From positions 146,585 through 210,584 of the forward strand of contig MFYJ01000007.1 in the NCBI GenBank assembly GCA_001787755.1: DNA of 64,000 nt, written 5' to 3'. Below the pieces are notes generated by a model, which had not been told where the DNA came from, did not search any database, and worked only from the letters and a program-made list of their open reading frames with translations. The stretch is from Candidatus Peribacteria bacterium RIFOXYB1_FULL_54_35 (lineage in GTDB: Bacteria; Patescibacteriota; Gracilibacteria; Peribacterales; Peribacteraceae). Position numbers and translations under genes: made by a program. Shown here in pieces: positions 26,486-34,226 of the stretch (positions are counted from its first letter, which is position 1; every line of letters starts with the position of its first letter).

Positions 26486-26562
26486 GTGAGTATTCTGGTG
26501 GGTAGCACTGGATTCGAACCAGTGACCTCCGCGATGTCAACGCGACGCTCTAACCAACTGAG
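26486..26562 (-). tRNA. tRNA-Val (anticodon GAC), CCA encoded
   Basis: GGGTAGC TA GCTC AGTTGGTTA GAGC G TCGCG TTGACAT CGCGG AGGTC ACTGG TTCGAAT CCAGT GCTACCC A CCA. Confidence 0.92.
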
Positions 26563-26704
26563 CTAGCTACCCTTTAGAAGGCTGCTGAAGGGTACCAATT
26601 CTCACGGGGGGCAACAAGGGACGCCTTAATTTCTTTTGTGAAGTTTTCAGCCGCAAATGTCTTGAAAGGCTTCTTCCACAGAGCTTCATCAAGGCGTCCC
26701 GCGC

Positions 26705-27361
26705 GTGTATACTGCTTTCTCTATGTTTCAAACCCTCCTGGATTTCGTGTTTCCACGCAGATCCCTCACCGGGGAGGAGGGGGAGTTTGTGACGGAGGAG
26801 GAATTTCAGAAACTGCATTCGTTCCCGGTGGTCGAGGAGAAGCACGTACTCCTCGGCAGGGGGATAGAGTGGCTGGATGCCATCCGTGCCGGGAGCAGCT
26901 ACCACTACTGCCCGCTCCTCAAAAAAGCCATCCATACTTTTAAGTACCAGCGCATTCCGGGTCTTGCCGAGCACCTCGCATCCCTCATTACAGCAGCTCC
27001 GCTCCCGCAGGTTCCGGAAGGGGCGGTGCTCTGCCCGGTGCCGCTCCACTGGAGCCGGCTCAATGAGCGGGGGTTCAACCAGTCAGAGCTCCTCGCGCGG
27101 GAACTCTCTGGCCATATGGGAATTCCCATGCGCTGTCTTCTCTCACGCACCCGCGCAACGGGATTCCAGTCCCACAGGAGCCGCGCGGAACGCCTCGTTG
27201 CCATGCAGGATGCTTTCGTCTGCAGGCAGCGGAGCGCGCCTCCGTTCGTCGTGCTCATCGACGATCTCGCAACCACCGGTGCCACGCTGGATGCCTGTGC
27301 CCGGGCGCTCAAGGAGAGGGGAGTGACGCACGTGGAGGCGTGGGTGGTGGCGCATGGCTAG
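26705..27361 (+). CDS. comF: ComF family protein (phosphoribosyltransferase domain)
   Basis: 218 aa. PRTase motif VVLIDDLATTGATL; the N-terminal region is typical of ComF. Confidence 0.85.
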   Translation: MYTAFSMFQTLLDFVFPRRSLTGEEGEFVTEEEFQKLHSFPVVEEKHVLLGRGIEWLDAIRAGSSYHYCPLLKKAIHTFKYQRIPGLAEHLASLITAAPLPQVPEGAVLCPVPLHWSRLNERGFNQSELLARELSGHMGIPMRCLLSRTRATGFQSHRSRAERLVAMQDAFVCRQRSAPPFVVLIDDLATTGATLDACARALKERGVTHVEAWVVAHG

Positions 27362-27494
27362 GGTTTGGGTTTGGGTTAGGGTTAGGAAAGAAGCTTGGGA
27401 TTTGGCCTTTTGTAACCTGGAAACGTCGGATCTGCTCAAAGCCCGAGATCAAAACTCCCAGTCCTCAATTTCTCATCCAAACCCTAACCCTAAC
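27359..27494. repeat. hairpin element with telomere-like hexamer arms (GGGTTT/GGGTTA)
   Basis: Left arm TAGGGTTTGGGTTTGGGTTAGGGTTAGG overlaps the comF stop. Right arm CCAAACCCTAACCCTAAC lies at 27477-27494. Confidence 0.85.
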
Positions 27495-27751
27495 TCTTTC
27501 GGAAAATCATTCCTGAAAGCTCCTTATGTTCATGCATCTTTACATTCCATCTTCGCTGCGATCATGAGATGCATGCACCTCCAATCAGCCGGTACATGAG
27601 GTGTGTGTTTCTGCTTCCGAGTTCGTCGAACTAAGTTGTTCATTTGTTGCAGACGAAGTGGGATACACATGCAACACAGATTGATGTGGAAAACTTTTCA
27701 GGTTTCCACAGAGGCGCTAGCATCACCTTCCCTCGACCATAGCATGGTCCG

Positions 27752-28870
27752 GTGATTATGACATTCCTCCTCTCAGCACTGGCGTTCGTTCTCCTGCTGA
27801 GTGTGCTTATTCTCATCCACGAGTGGGGGCATTTCGCTGCGGCTCGCAGGGCCGGAGTAGTGGTGGAGGAATTCGGTTTCGGCCTGCCTCCCAAGGTGAA
27901 AGTGCTCTTTCGGAAGAGAGGAACGGAGTTCACGTTCAACTGGATTCCCTTCGGTGGGTTTGTGCGTCTGAGGGGAGAGAATGCGCTCACGGAGAAGGAA
28001 CGGGTTTCGAAAGGGAGCTTTGGCGCGGCGACGATCTGGCAGCGGGTGATGATCCTCTCTGCCGGTGTGTTCATGAATTTTATCCTCGCTCTTGTGCTGC
28101 TCATGTTCGGTTTCTCCGTGGGGAAGTGGGTGCCGACATACTCCAGTCTGGAGGAGATGCAGGCTGCAGCAGAGAAAGGCGTCATTCACGTGGAACTCGG
28201 AGTCATCATTGAAGATGTAGTCAGCGGGGGCACTGCAGCGAAGACCGGTGTGCCGGAGAAGAGCGTGCTCCTCCGTGTCGATGGCATCCCCATCATCGAT
28301 CCCGCGGATGTCATGCACATCCAGGCGGGGAAGAAGCGCGTGACGTACGACCTGCTCATAGGAGAGGATTTCTCCGAGGAAGTGAGCATGACTGTTCCTC
28401 TGGAAGACGGGAAATCAGGGATTCTTGTGGCGCTCTTCCCGCGCACGCTCTCTTCGCCCGATCGCACGCTCTGGACTGCGTTCACTCTCGCGCTGCGTGA
28501 GGTGTGGGTGATGACGAAGCAGACGGTGCTTGGCATCTCTCACCTCTTCCACTCGCTCGCTGTGAGCGGCCGCGTGCCCGAGGGCATCACGGGCCTGGTC
28601 GGCATTGCCCAGCTCACGTACGCGTCCGTGCAGCAGGGATTCATGGTGTACCTCCGCCTGGTTGCTCTGCTGAGCCTGAGCCTCGCTGTGCTGAATATTC
28701 TTCCGTTCCCGGCACTGGACGGAGGGCGGCTGCTCTTCGTTTTTGCAGAACTCATCCGGCGCCGCCCAGTGAACCGCCGCTTTGAACTCACGGTGAATGC
28801 CATTGGGTTCTTCTTTCTTCTTTCTGTGATTTTCATCATCACCTTCTATGACATTGTCCGTCTCTTCTAG
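27752..28870 (+). CDS. rseP: RIP site-2 metalloprotease RseP (M50)
   Basis: HEWGH zinc motif, PDZ-like middle region, NILPFPALDGG C-terminal motif. Confidence 0.9.
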   Translation: MIMTFLLSALAFVLLLSVLILIHEWGHFAAARRAGVVVEEFGFGLPPKVKVLFRKRGTEFTFNWIPFGGFVRLRGENALTEKERVSKGSFGAATIWQRVMILSAGVFMNFILALVLLMFGFSVGKWVPTYSSLEEMQAAAEKGVIHVELGVIIEDVVSGGTAAKTGVPEKSVLLRVDGIPIIDPADVMHIQAGKKRVTYDLLIGEDFSEEVSMTVPLEDGKSGILVALFPRTLSSPDRTLWTAFTLALREVWVMTKQTVLGISHLFHSLAVSGRVPEGITGLVGIAQLTYASVQQGFMVYLRLVALLSLSLAVLNILPFPALDGGRLLFVFAELIRRRPVNRRFELTVNAIGFFFLLSVIFIITFYDIVRLF

Positions 28871-30311
28871 CGCCGTTGCGGTGCCACCGGCCCCCGTGAA
28901 GACCGACCAGGATCTCTGGATTCAGGTGCTGAGTGCACTGGAGAAGCAGATCCAGCGCAGCCAGTTCATCACCTGGTTCCGCGGCACGGCGGTTCTCGGC
29001 CGCGAAGAGGGGACGCTCATCGTCGGCCTGCCTCTCCCCATGTCGCTCAACTGGCACATGGAGCACTACCGGCTGCAGACACTCAAGGAGGTGCAGAATA
29101 TCGATTCTTCCATTGAGCAGGTTGTCTACAAGGTCGATGTGGGTCTCAAAGATAATCCGGAGCGTGCGGTGAATCTCCTCACGCTTTTCCCGGAGCAGAA
29201 GAAGCGCAAGCTCCCCGGCAGGCAGGAGGTGAAGATGGCGGAGGGACTCACGAGCAAGATTTTAAGCCCCCGCTACATGATCGAAAACTTTGTCGTCGGT
29301 GCGAGCAACCGCCTCGCCCATGCTGCGTGCCAGGCGGTGGCGGCACAGCCGGGCGGCAAATACAACCCGCTCTTCCTCTACGGAGGGGTGGGGCTGGGGA
29401 AAACACACCTGCTGCAGGCGACGGGGAATGAGATCCTCCGGAAGATGCCGAGGGCCACTGTGGTCTACGCCACGAGTGAGGACTTCACCAACGAAGTGGT
29501 GGATGCCATCCGCCTCCAGAAGATGGAGCGCCTGCGCAACCGCTACAGAAAGGTGGATGTCCTCATTGTCGACGACGTGCAGTTCCTCGCGAACAAGGAG
29601 CGCACGCAGGAGGAGTTTTTTCACACCTTCAATGCGCTCTACGAGGACCAGAAGCAGGTCATCATCTCCGCCGACCGTCCTCCGCAGGAGCTGCAGCTTG
29701 CAGAGAGGCTCATCTCCCGCTTCGCGCGGGGCATGATCGCCGACATCTCCATGCCCGACTACGAGACACGGTTGGCCATTCTGGTGGAGAAAGCACAGAA
29801 CTACGAGATCTTCATGGATGCGAAGGTACTGGAGTTCATCGCCGGGAACATGGAGACGAACATCCGCGAACTCGAAGGCATCCTCATGCAGGCGGTGGCG
29901 CAGTACGAGCTGGAGCAGCGCATGCCCACGGTCAAGAGCATCAGCGAGATCATGAGCAAGCTCAGCTACGATCCGCACGTTGAAGAGGAGGAGGTGGGGT
30001 TCGAGCTGCCGCAGAAGCGTGCAGCGACATTCCAGGACGTCATGGAAGCGACGAGCCGCTACTTCTCCGTTTCAGTGCTAGACATGGTCGGGACTTCCCG
30101 TGTGCGGGAGATTCTCATCCCGCGGCAGATTGCCATGTTCCTCGGCAAGAAGTACCTGCGTATGAGCTTTGTGCGCCTCGGTGAACTCTTCTCGAACCGG
30201 GATCACACCACTGTGATGAATGCGGTGGAGAAGATCGATGACCACATGCAGAACGATCCGCAGCTCCTGCGTGAGGTGCGGGCGATAGAGCGGGAGCTGG
30301 GGTTTGTCTGA
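28848..30311 (+). CDS. dnaA: chromosomal replication initiator DnaA
   Basis: Walker A GGVGLGKTHL, VDDVQFL, and the C-terminal DNA-binding region RDHTTVMNAVEKI. Overlaps rseP by 23 nt. Confidence 0.95.
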   Translation: MTLSVSSSAVAVPPAPVKTDQDLWIQVLSALEKQIQRSQFITWFRGTAVLGREEGTLIVGLPLPMSLNWHMEHYRLQTLKEVQNIDSSIEQVVYKVDVGLKDNPERAVNLLTLFPEQKKRKLPGRQEVKMAEGLTSKILSPRYMIENFVVGASNRLAHAACQAVAAQPGGKYNPLFLYGGVGLGKTHLLQATGNEILRKMPRATVVYATSEDFTNEVVDAIRLQKMERLRNRYRKVDVLIVDDVQFLANKERTQEEFFHTFNALYEDQKQVIISADRPPQELQLAERLISRFARGMIADISMPDYETRLAILVEKAQNYEIFMDAKVLEFIAGNMETNIRELEGILMQAVAQYELEQRMPTVKSISEIMSKLSYDPHVEEEEVGFELPQKRAATFQDVMEATSRYFSVSVLDMVGTSRVREILIPRQIAMFLGKKYLRMSFVRLGELFSNRDHTTVMNAVEKIDDHMQNDPQLLREVRAIERELGFV

Positions 30312-30454
30312 AAGATACTTGACACACTGTCAAATACGCGTACGTTCGCATTATGCGAGCAGGCGTGCGTAAGGACGTGGCTTGGATGCGGTCTTCCTCG
30401 AAGGACTCGAGGTCGGCTTCCCGCTCAAGGATGAGGCGAGCGCTTGCAGCTACA

Positions 30455-30515
30455 GGGGTGGAACGGAGTCCACTGATATGAGCACCTCGGATGCTCTGCT
30501 CCACCCCACTTTTTT
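30455..30515 (+). terminator. intrinsic terminator, probably for dnaA
   Basis: GGGGTGGA(a)CGGAGT pairs with GCTCTG(c)TCCACCCC (about 14 bp with one mismatch), followed by ACTTTTTT. Confidence 0.7.
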
Positions 30516-30576
30516 CATTCGGCTTTTTTCCGTTGCGCAATATCGCGGTATCCTGCATGATGAACACTGCTTTCTC

Positions 30577-30633
30577 ATGCATCTCCTCCGCACAACCACC
30601 ACAACGACCACTACCCCCATGCGGAGGAGCTGA
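30577..30633 (+). CDS. thrS leader peptide MHLLRTTTTTTTTPMRRS
   Basis: ATG 30577, TGA 30631-30633. Eight consecutive Thr codons ACA ACC ACC ACA ACG ACC ACT ACC at 30592-30615. Confidence 0.7.
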   Translation: MHLLRTTTTTTTTPMRRS

Positions 30634-30691
30634 CGCCGTACTATTCTCACGATACCCAGCCCTCCGCACACAAGGAGGGTTTTTTGTTTTT
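30583..30691 (+). promoter_or_regulatory. attenuator: segments 1:2 / 2:3 / 3:4 with terminator
   Basis: Segment 1 is CTCCTCCGCA (30583-30592), segment 2 TGCGGAGGAG (30620-30629), segment 3 CCCTCCGCA (30660-30668), segment 4 GGAGGG (30674-30679), followed by TTTTTTGTTTTT. Confidence 0.7.
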
Positions 30692-30716
30692 CTCTCTCTG
30701 CTACACTCTCTCCACC

Positions 30717-32528
30717 ATGGCACCACGCACAAAATCACAGCCCGATGATCTCCACTGCATGCGCCACAGTCTCGCGCATGTTCTCGCGCAGGCGGTACTC
30801 AAACTCTGGCCCGGTACCAAGATCAGCATCGGTCCGCCTATCGACTCCGGCTGCTACTACGATTTTCTCTTTCAAGAGCCCATTTCCGATGAGGATCTGA
30901 AAATGATCGAGAAGGAGATGCGTTCCATCATCAACAGGGGGCAGACGTTTGCCGTGGAAACGTTCTCGGTGAACGACTCCATCAAGTACTGGAAGAAGCG
31001 GGAGGAGCCGTTCAAGGTGGAGCTTGTGGAGGATCTGAAAGCGCAGGGGGAGAAAGAGGTGACGCACTACCGCAGCCTGGACTGCAAAGGCAATGAGGTG
31101 TTCGAAGATCTCTGCGCAGGGGGACATGTGCAGGATCTCAAAGAGGTTCCGGCGGACTCATTCAAGGTCATGAGTGTTGCCGGCGCGTACTGGCGGGGTG
31201 ACGAGCACCGCGAGCAGCTCACGCGCATCTACGTGGCTGCGTTCCGGACCAGGCAGGAACTCGACGAATATCTGAAAATGCTGGAGGAGGGGAGGAAGCG
31301 CGACCACCGCAAGCTGGGGAAGGAGATGGATCTCTTCGTCTTCAGCGATATGGTCGGGCCCGGTCTCCCGCTCTGGACACCCAAGGGCACGGTGATCGCC
31401 GATGAGGTGGAGCGTCTTGCGCGCGAGACGGAGGAGGCAGGCGGGTACCTGCGGGTGCGCACGCCGCACATTGCCAAGGGAAAACTCTATGAGCAGACGG
31501 GGCACCTTGCGCACTATAGGGAGTCGATGTTCCCTCCCATGCAGTTGGATGGCGAGGACGAGTACTACCTCAAGCCCATGAACTGCCCGCACCACCATCA
31601 GATCTTCGCGAGCCAGCCCCGGAGTTACCGCGATCTTCCCATGCGCCTGGCGGAGTACGGGCACTGCTACCGGTACGAGGACAGCGGGGCGCTCTTCGGG
31701 CTCATGCGCGTGCGGTCACTCAGCATGAACGATGCGCACATCTACTGCACCGAGGAGCAGTTTGAGGAGGAGTTCATCGCCGTTGCCAACATGTATCTCA
31801 AGTACTTCAAAATCTTCGGCATCGAGAAGTACGTCATGCGGCTCTCGCTCCATAATCCTGCGGGATTCGGCAAGAAGTACGTTGATGCGCCGGAGCTGTG
31901 GGTGAAGACGGAGGAGATGGTCCGCAATGCCATGAAGAAGACGGGGTGTGCCTGTACGGAAGTGGATGATGAAGCGGCTTTCTACGGGCCGAAGATCGAT
32001 GTGGAAGTGTGGAGTGCCATTGGCCGCGAATTCACGCTCGCCACCAATCAGGTGGACTTCGACATTCCGGGCAAGGTGGGACTTAAGTACACGGATGCCG
32101 ATGGCAGCGAGAAGGTTCCGCTCTGCATCCACCGGGCGCCGCTTGGCACGCACGAGCGTTTCATCGGTTTTCTCATAGAGCACTTCGCGGGACATTTCCC
32201 ACTGTGGCTTGCGCCGGTGCAGGCGGCTCTGCTCCCGGTTGCCGCTGCCCATGAGGAATGTGCACGTGGCGTGGAGGCGAAGCTCAGGGAGAAGGGGATG
32301 CGTGTGACATTCCTGGATGCGGCCGAATCGTTAGGGAAGCGTATTCGTTTCGGCGAGCAGCAGCGCATTCCGTACCTGCTGGTTCTTGGCGACAAGGAAA
32401 AGGAGTGTGCAGGTGTTGCTGTCCGTAATGTGAAGACGAAGCAGCAGGTGGAAGTGTCTCTTTCAGAATTCATCAGCAAGACCGCTCAGGATATTGCACA
32501 GCGCTCTCTCACTCATTCCATTGGCTGA
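30717..32528 (+). CDS. thrS: threonine--tRNA ligase lacking the N-terminal TGS domain
   Basis: Begins near the editing-domain motif RHSLAHVLAQAV. Class II catalytic motifs and an anticodon-binding domain are present. An alternative TTG start at 30684 is possible. Confidence 0.93.
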   Translation: MAPRTKSQPDDLHCMRHSLAHVLAQAVLKLWPGTKISIGPPIDSGCYYDFLFQEPISDEDLKMIEKEMRSIINRGQTFAVETFSVNDSIKYWKKREEPFKVELVEDLKAQGEKEVTHYRSLDCKGNEVFEDLCAGGHVQDLKEVPADSFKVMSVAGAYWRGDEHREQLTRIYVAAFRTRQELDEYLKMLEEGRKRDHRKLGKEMDLFVFSDMVGPGLPLWTPKGTVIADEVERLARETEEAGGYLRVRTPHIAKGKLYEQTGHLAHYRESMFPPMQLDGEDEYYLKPMNCPHHHQIFASQPRSYRDLPMRLAEYGHCYRYEDSGALFGLMRVRSLSMNDAHIYCTEEQFEEEFIAVANMYLKYFKIFGIEKYVMRLSLHNPAGFGKKYVDAPELWVKTEEMVRNAMKKTGCACTEVDDEAAFYGPKIDVEVWSAIGREFTLATNQVDFDIPGKVGLKYTDADGSEKVPLCIHRAPLGTHERFIGFLIEHFAGHFPLWLAPVQAALLPVAAAHEECARGVEAKLREKGMRVTFLDAAESLGKRIRFGEQQRIPYLLVLGDKEKECAGVAVRNVKTKQQVEVSLSEFISKTAQDIAQRSLTHSIG

Positions 32529-32531
32529 CCT

Positions 32532-33188
32532 ATGAAAACTTCGCATCGCGTCATCATTGCTCTCTCCTTCGCAGCATCCGTTGCCGCGTTCGTCTATTTC
32601 TCGGGTGGTTCTGCATCGCCTCTGTCCGCTTTGGAGGACGTGGAAGCCCCCCTCGGCCCGCTCCGGAGTGTGCTCAGTGCCGTGGATATGCAGAATCTTG
32701 CCGTGTCCTGGGTGGACACAATCGTGGAAATTCCGCGGGGGTCGGGCATTAAGTACAAGTACGATGAAAAAACCGGCGGCGTGCAGTATGAGAGAGCACT
32801 TCCGCCGAACGTGCAGTTCCCCGGGGAGTACGGCGTCGTTCCCTATTCCCTCTCGGGAGATGGCGAACCGCTGGAGGTGATTATTGTCGGTCAGTTACCT
32901 ACCTTCCCCGGCGTGCTGATGCAGGCCCGCCCCATCGGCCTCATCCGGATGAAGATAGCGCCGGAGCAGCACGACGACAAAGTGATCGCACTTCCCGCGC
33001 TGGATCCGAGCTTCAACGACATCAAGGATCTGAGTGATCTCCCACTCGATATGCGCGAGGAGGTGGCGGGGTTCTTCCGCACGTTCACAAACTTAGATGG
33101 ATCACAGGCCGCGGTGCTGGGGTGGGGGAGTGCGCAGGAGGCGCAGATGGCGGTGCTCCAGGCACGGGCGGCGTATGCGAGAAAGTAG
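32532..33188 (+). CDS. ppa: family I inorganic pyrophosphatase with N-terminal hydrophobic signal/anchor
   Basis: VEIPRGSGIKYKYD, GEYGVVP and GDGEPLEVIIVG motifs, preceded by IIALSFAASVAAFVYF. Confidence 0.85.
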   Translation: MKTSHRVIIALSFAASVAAFVYFSGGSASPLSALEDVEAPLGPLRSVLSAVDMQNLAVSWVDTIVEIPRGSGIKYKYDEKTGGVQYERALPPNVQFPGEYGVVPYSLSGDGEPLEVIIVGQLPTFPGVLMQARPIGLIRMKIAPEQHDDKVIALPALDPSFNDIKDLSDLPLDMREEVAGFFRTFTNLDGSQAAVLGWGSAQEAQMAVLQARAAYARK

Positions 33189-33368
33189 CAGCGCACGGTA
33201 AAAGACGTGGGGAAGGCAACAAAGCTGGAGGGCTTGTTCCACGTCTCATCTTGCGGTGAAGGACCGTTACGAAGGGCTACCGATCCGTTCACGACTTTCT
33301 CAGGATGGGGAGTCGCTGCAGGATCCGGTAGGAATGTGGTTCCCACCGCGGTTGATACAAGGGAGCAG

Positions 33369-33896
33369 CTACTGCTGTCCAGCGAGGATCCATTTGCCGA
33401 AGCAGACTGTGTGATCCTCGTTGTGCTGGACGAAGTAGACTTGGCCCCCTTCTCGAATCACTTCTCCGACTACCGGCCCCTCTTTCTGCAGGGCAACTGA
33501 GCCGAAGACCAACTTCCATCGGTTACCATTCACGTCCGTGAACTCAACAGACATCGGGGCCCGGGGGGCCAGGATGTCTTCCCGGTAGACCGGCAGCTCC
33601 AGAAGCCTGGGCGTGCCGTCTCGCTCGGTGACCGCCTTGTACCTGGAAGGATCCAGGGATACTGCGGGCACATCGCGCTCGTCGGGGAACCAGCACTGGC
33701 TGTTGTAACGCCAGGGCTGGGGTTGCGGTTCCACGAACGTCGGTTTGGGAGGCCTCAGGATGTTCTGCCCTTGCTGTTGTGCAGGGGTTGAAACCTGCGA
33801 GATGAGTTTCAGGGCGTCGTCGTAATGAGTCTCGAGGACCATGACGCCGAGAACAGCGAGGACGAAAATCAAGAGGTGACCACTTTTCACGTTCAT
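33369..33896 (-). CDS. hypothetical secreted or membrane-anchored protein
   Basis: Start at MNVKSGHLLIFVLAVLGVMVL (ATG 33896; alternative 33908). No motif recognised. Confidence 0.55.
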   Translation of the reverse strand: MNVKSGHLLIFVLAVLGVMVLETHYDDALKLISQVSTPAQQQGQNILRPPKPTFVEPQPQPWRYNSQCWFPDERDVPAVSLDPSRYKAVTERDGTPRLLELPVYREDILAPRAPMSVEFTDVNGNRWKLVFGSVALQKEGPVVGEVIREGGQVYFVQHNEDHTVCFGKWILAGQQ

Positions 33897-34226
33897 GCAA
33901 ACCTCCATGTTTGCTTGCCTTTCCCCACGGATCCTTGTTCCGCGCCTTCCAGACGGAAGGACCAGTGGGGGAACCTCAGATGCGAAGGCCGTCACTCGCG
34001 CCAAGCTCCAAACTTCTGCGCGCGGCCTCCCTGTGTCCCCCGAAGGGAACAAGGGTGGATGGGGAAAAAGCGTGCGGTGCTGTGAAGGAGCTTCCTCGTT
34101 CACCCTGAGTGCTGTCGAAGGGCAAAGGAGCAATCTCTACTATTTAATACTATTTCTACAAAAAGTCAATCACTCACTGTACACATACTATCGTCTCCCG
34201 GAGAGGCATACAAGGCTCTGGATCAC

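Noticed and set aside
27361-27386. TTAGGG/TTTGGG repeats as a genuine telomere or eukaryotic contamination
   Set aside because: There are only four units, they are internal to a bacterial gene array, and they pair with an inverted C-rich arm 90 nt away like the other word-hairpins.
30440-30520. T-box riboswitch upstream of thrS (AGGGGTGGAACGGAG resembles the T-box GGGTGGTACCGCG motif and overlaps a terminator stem)
   Set aside because: I could not find a Stem I with a specifier loop, an AG bulge or a distal loop. The hairpin with its T-run sits about 140 nt after the dnaA stop and is better explained as the dnaA terminator. A separate and much clearer leader-peptide attenuator lies downstream, closer to thrS.
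30382-30633. 83-aa ORF spanning the dnaA-thrS spacer
   Set aside because: It runs through a terminator hairpin and has no protein-like features. Only its last 18 codons (the Thr-run mini-ORF) make functional sense.
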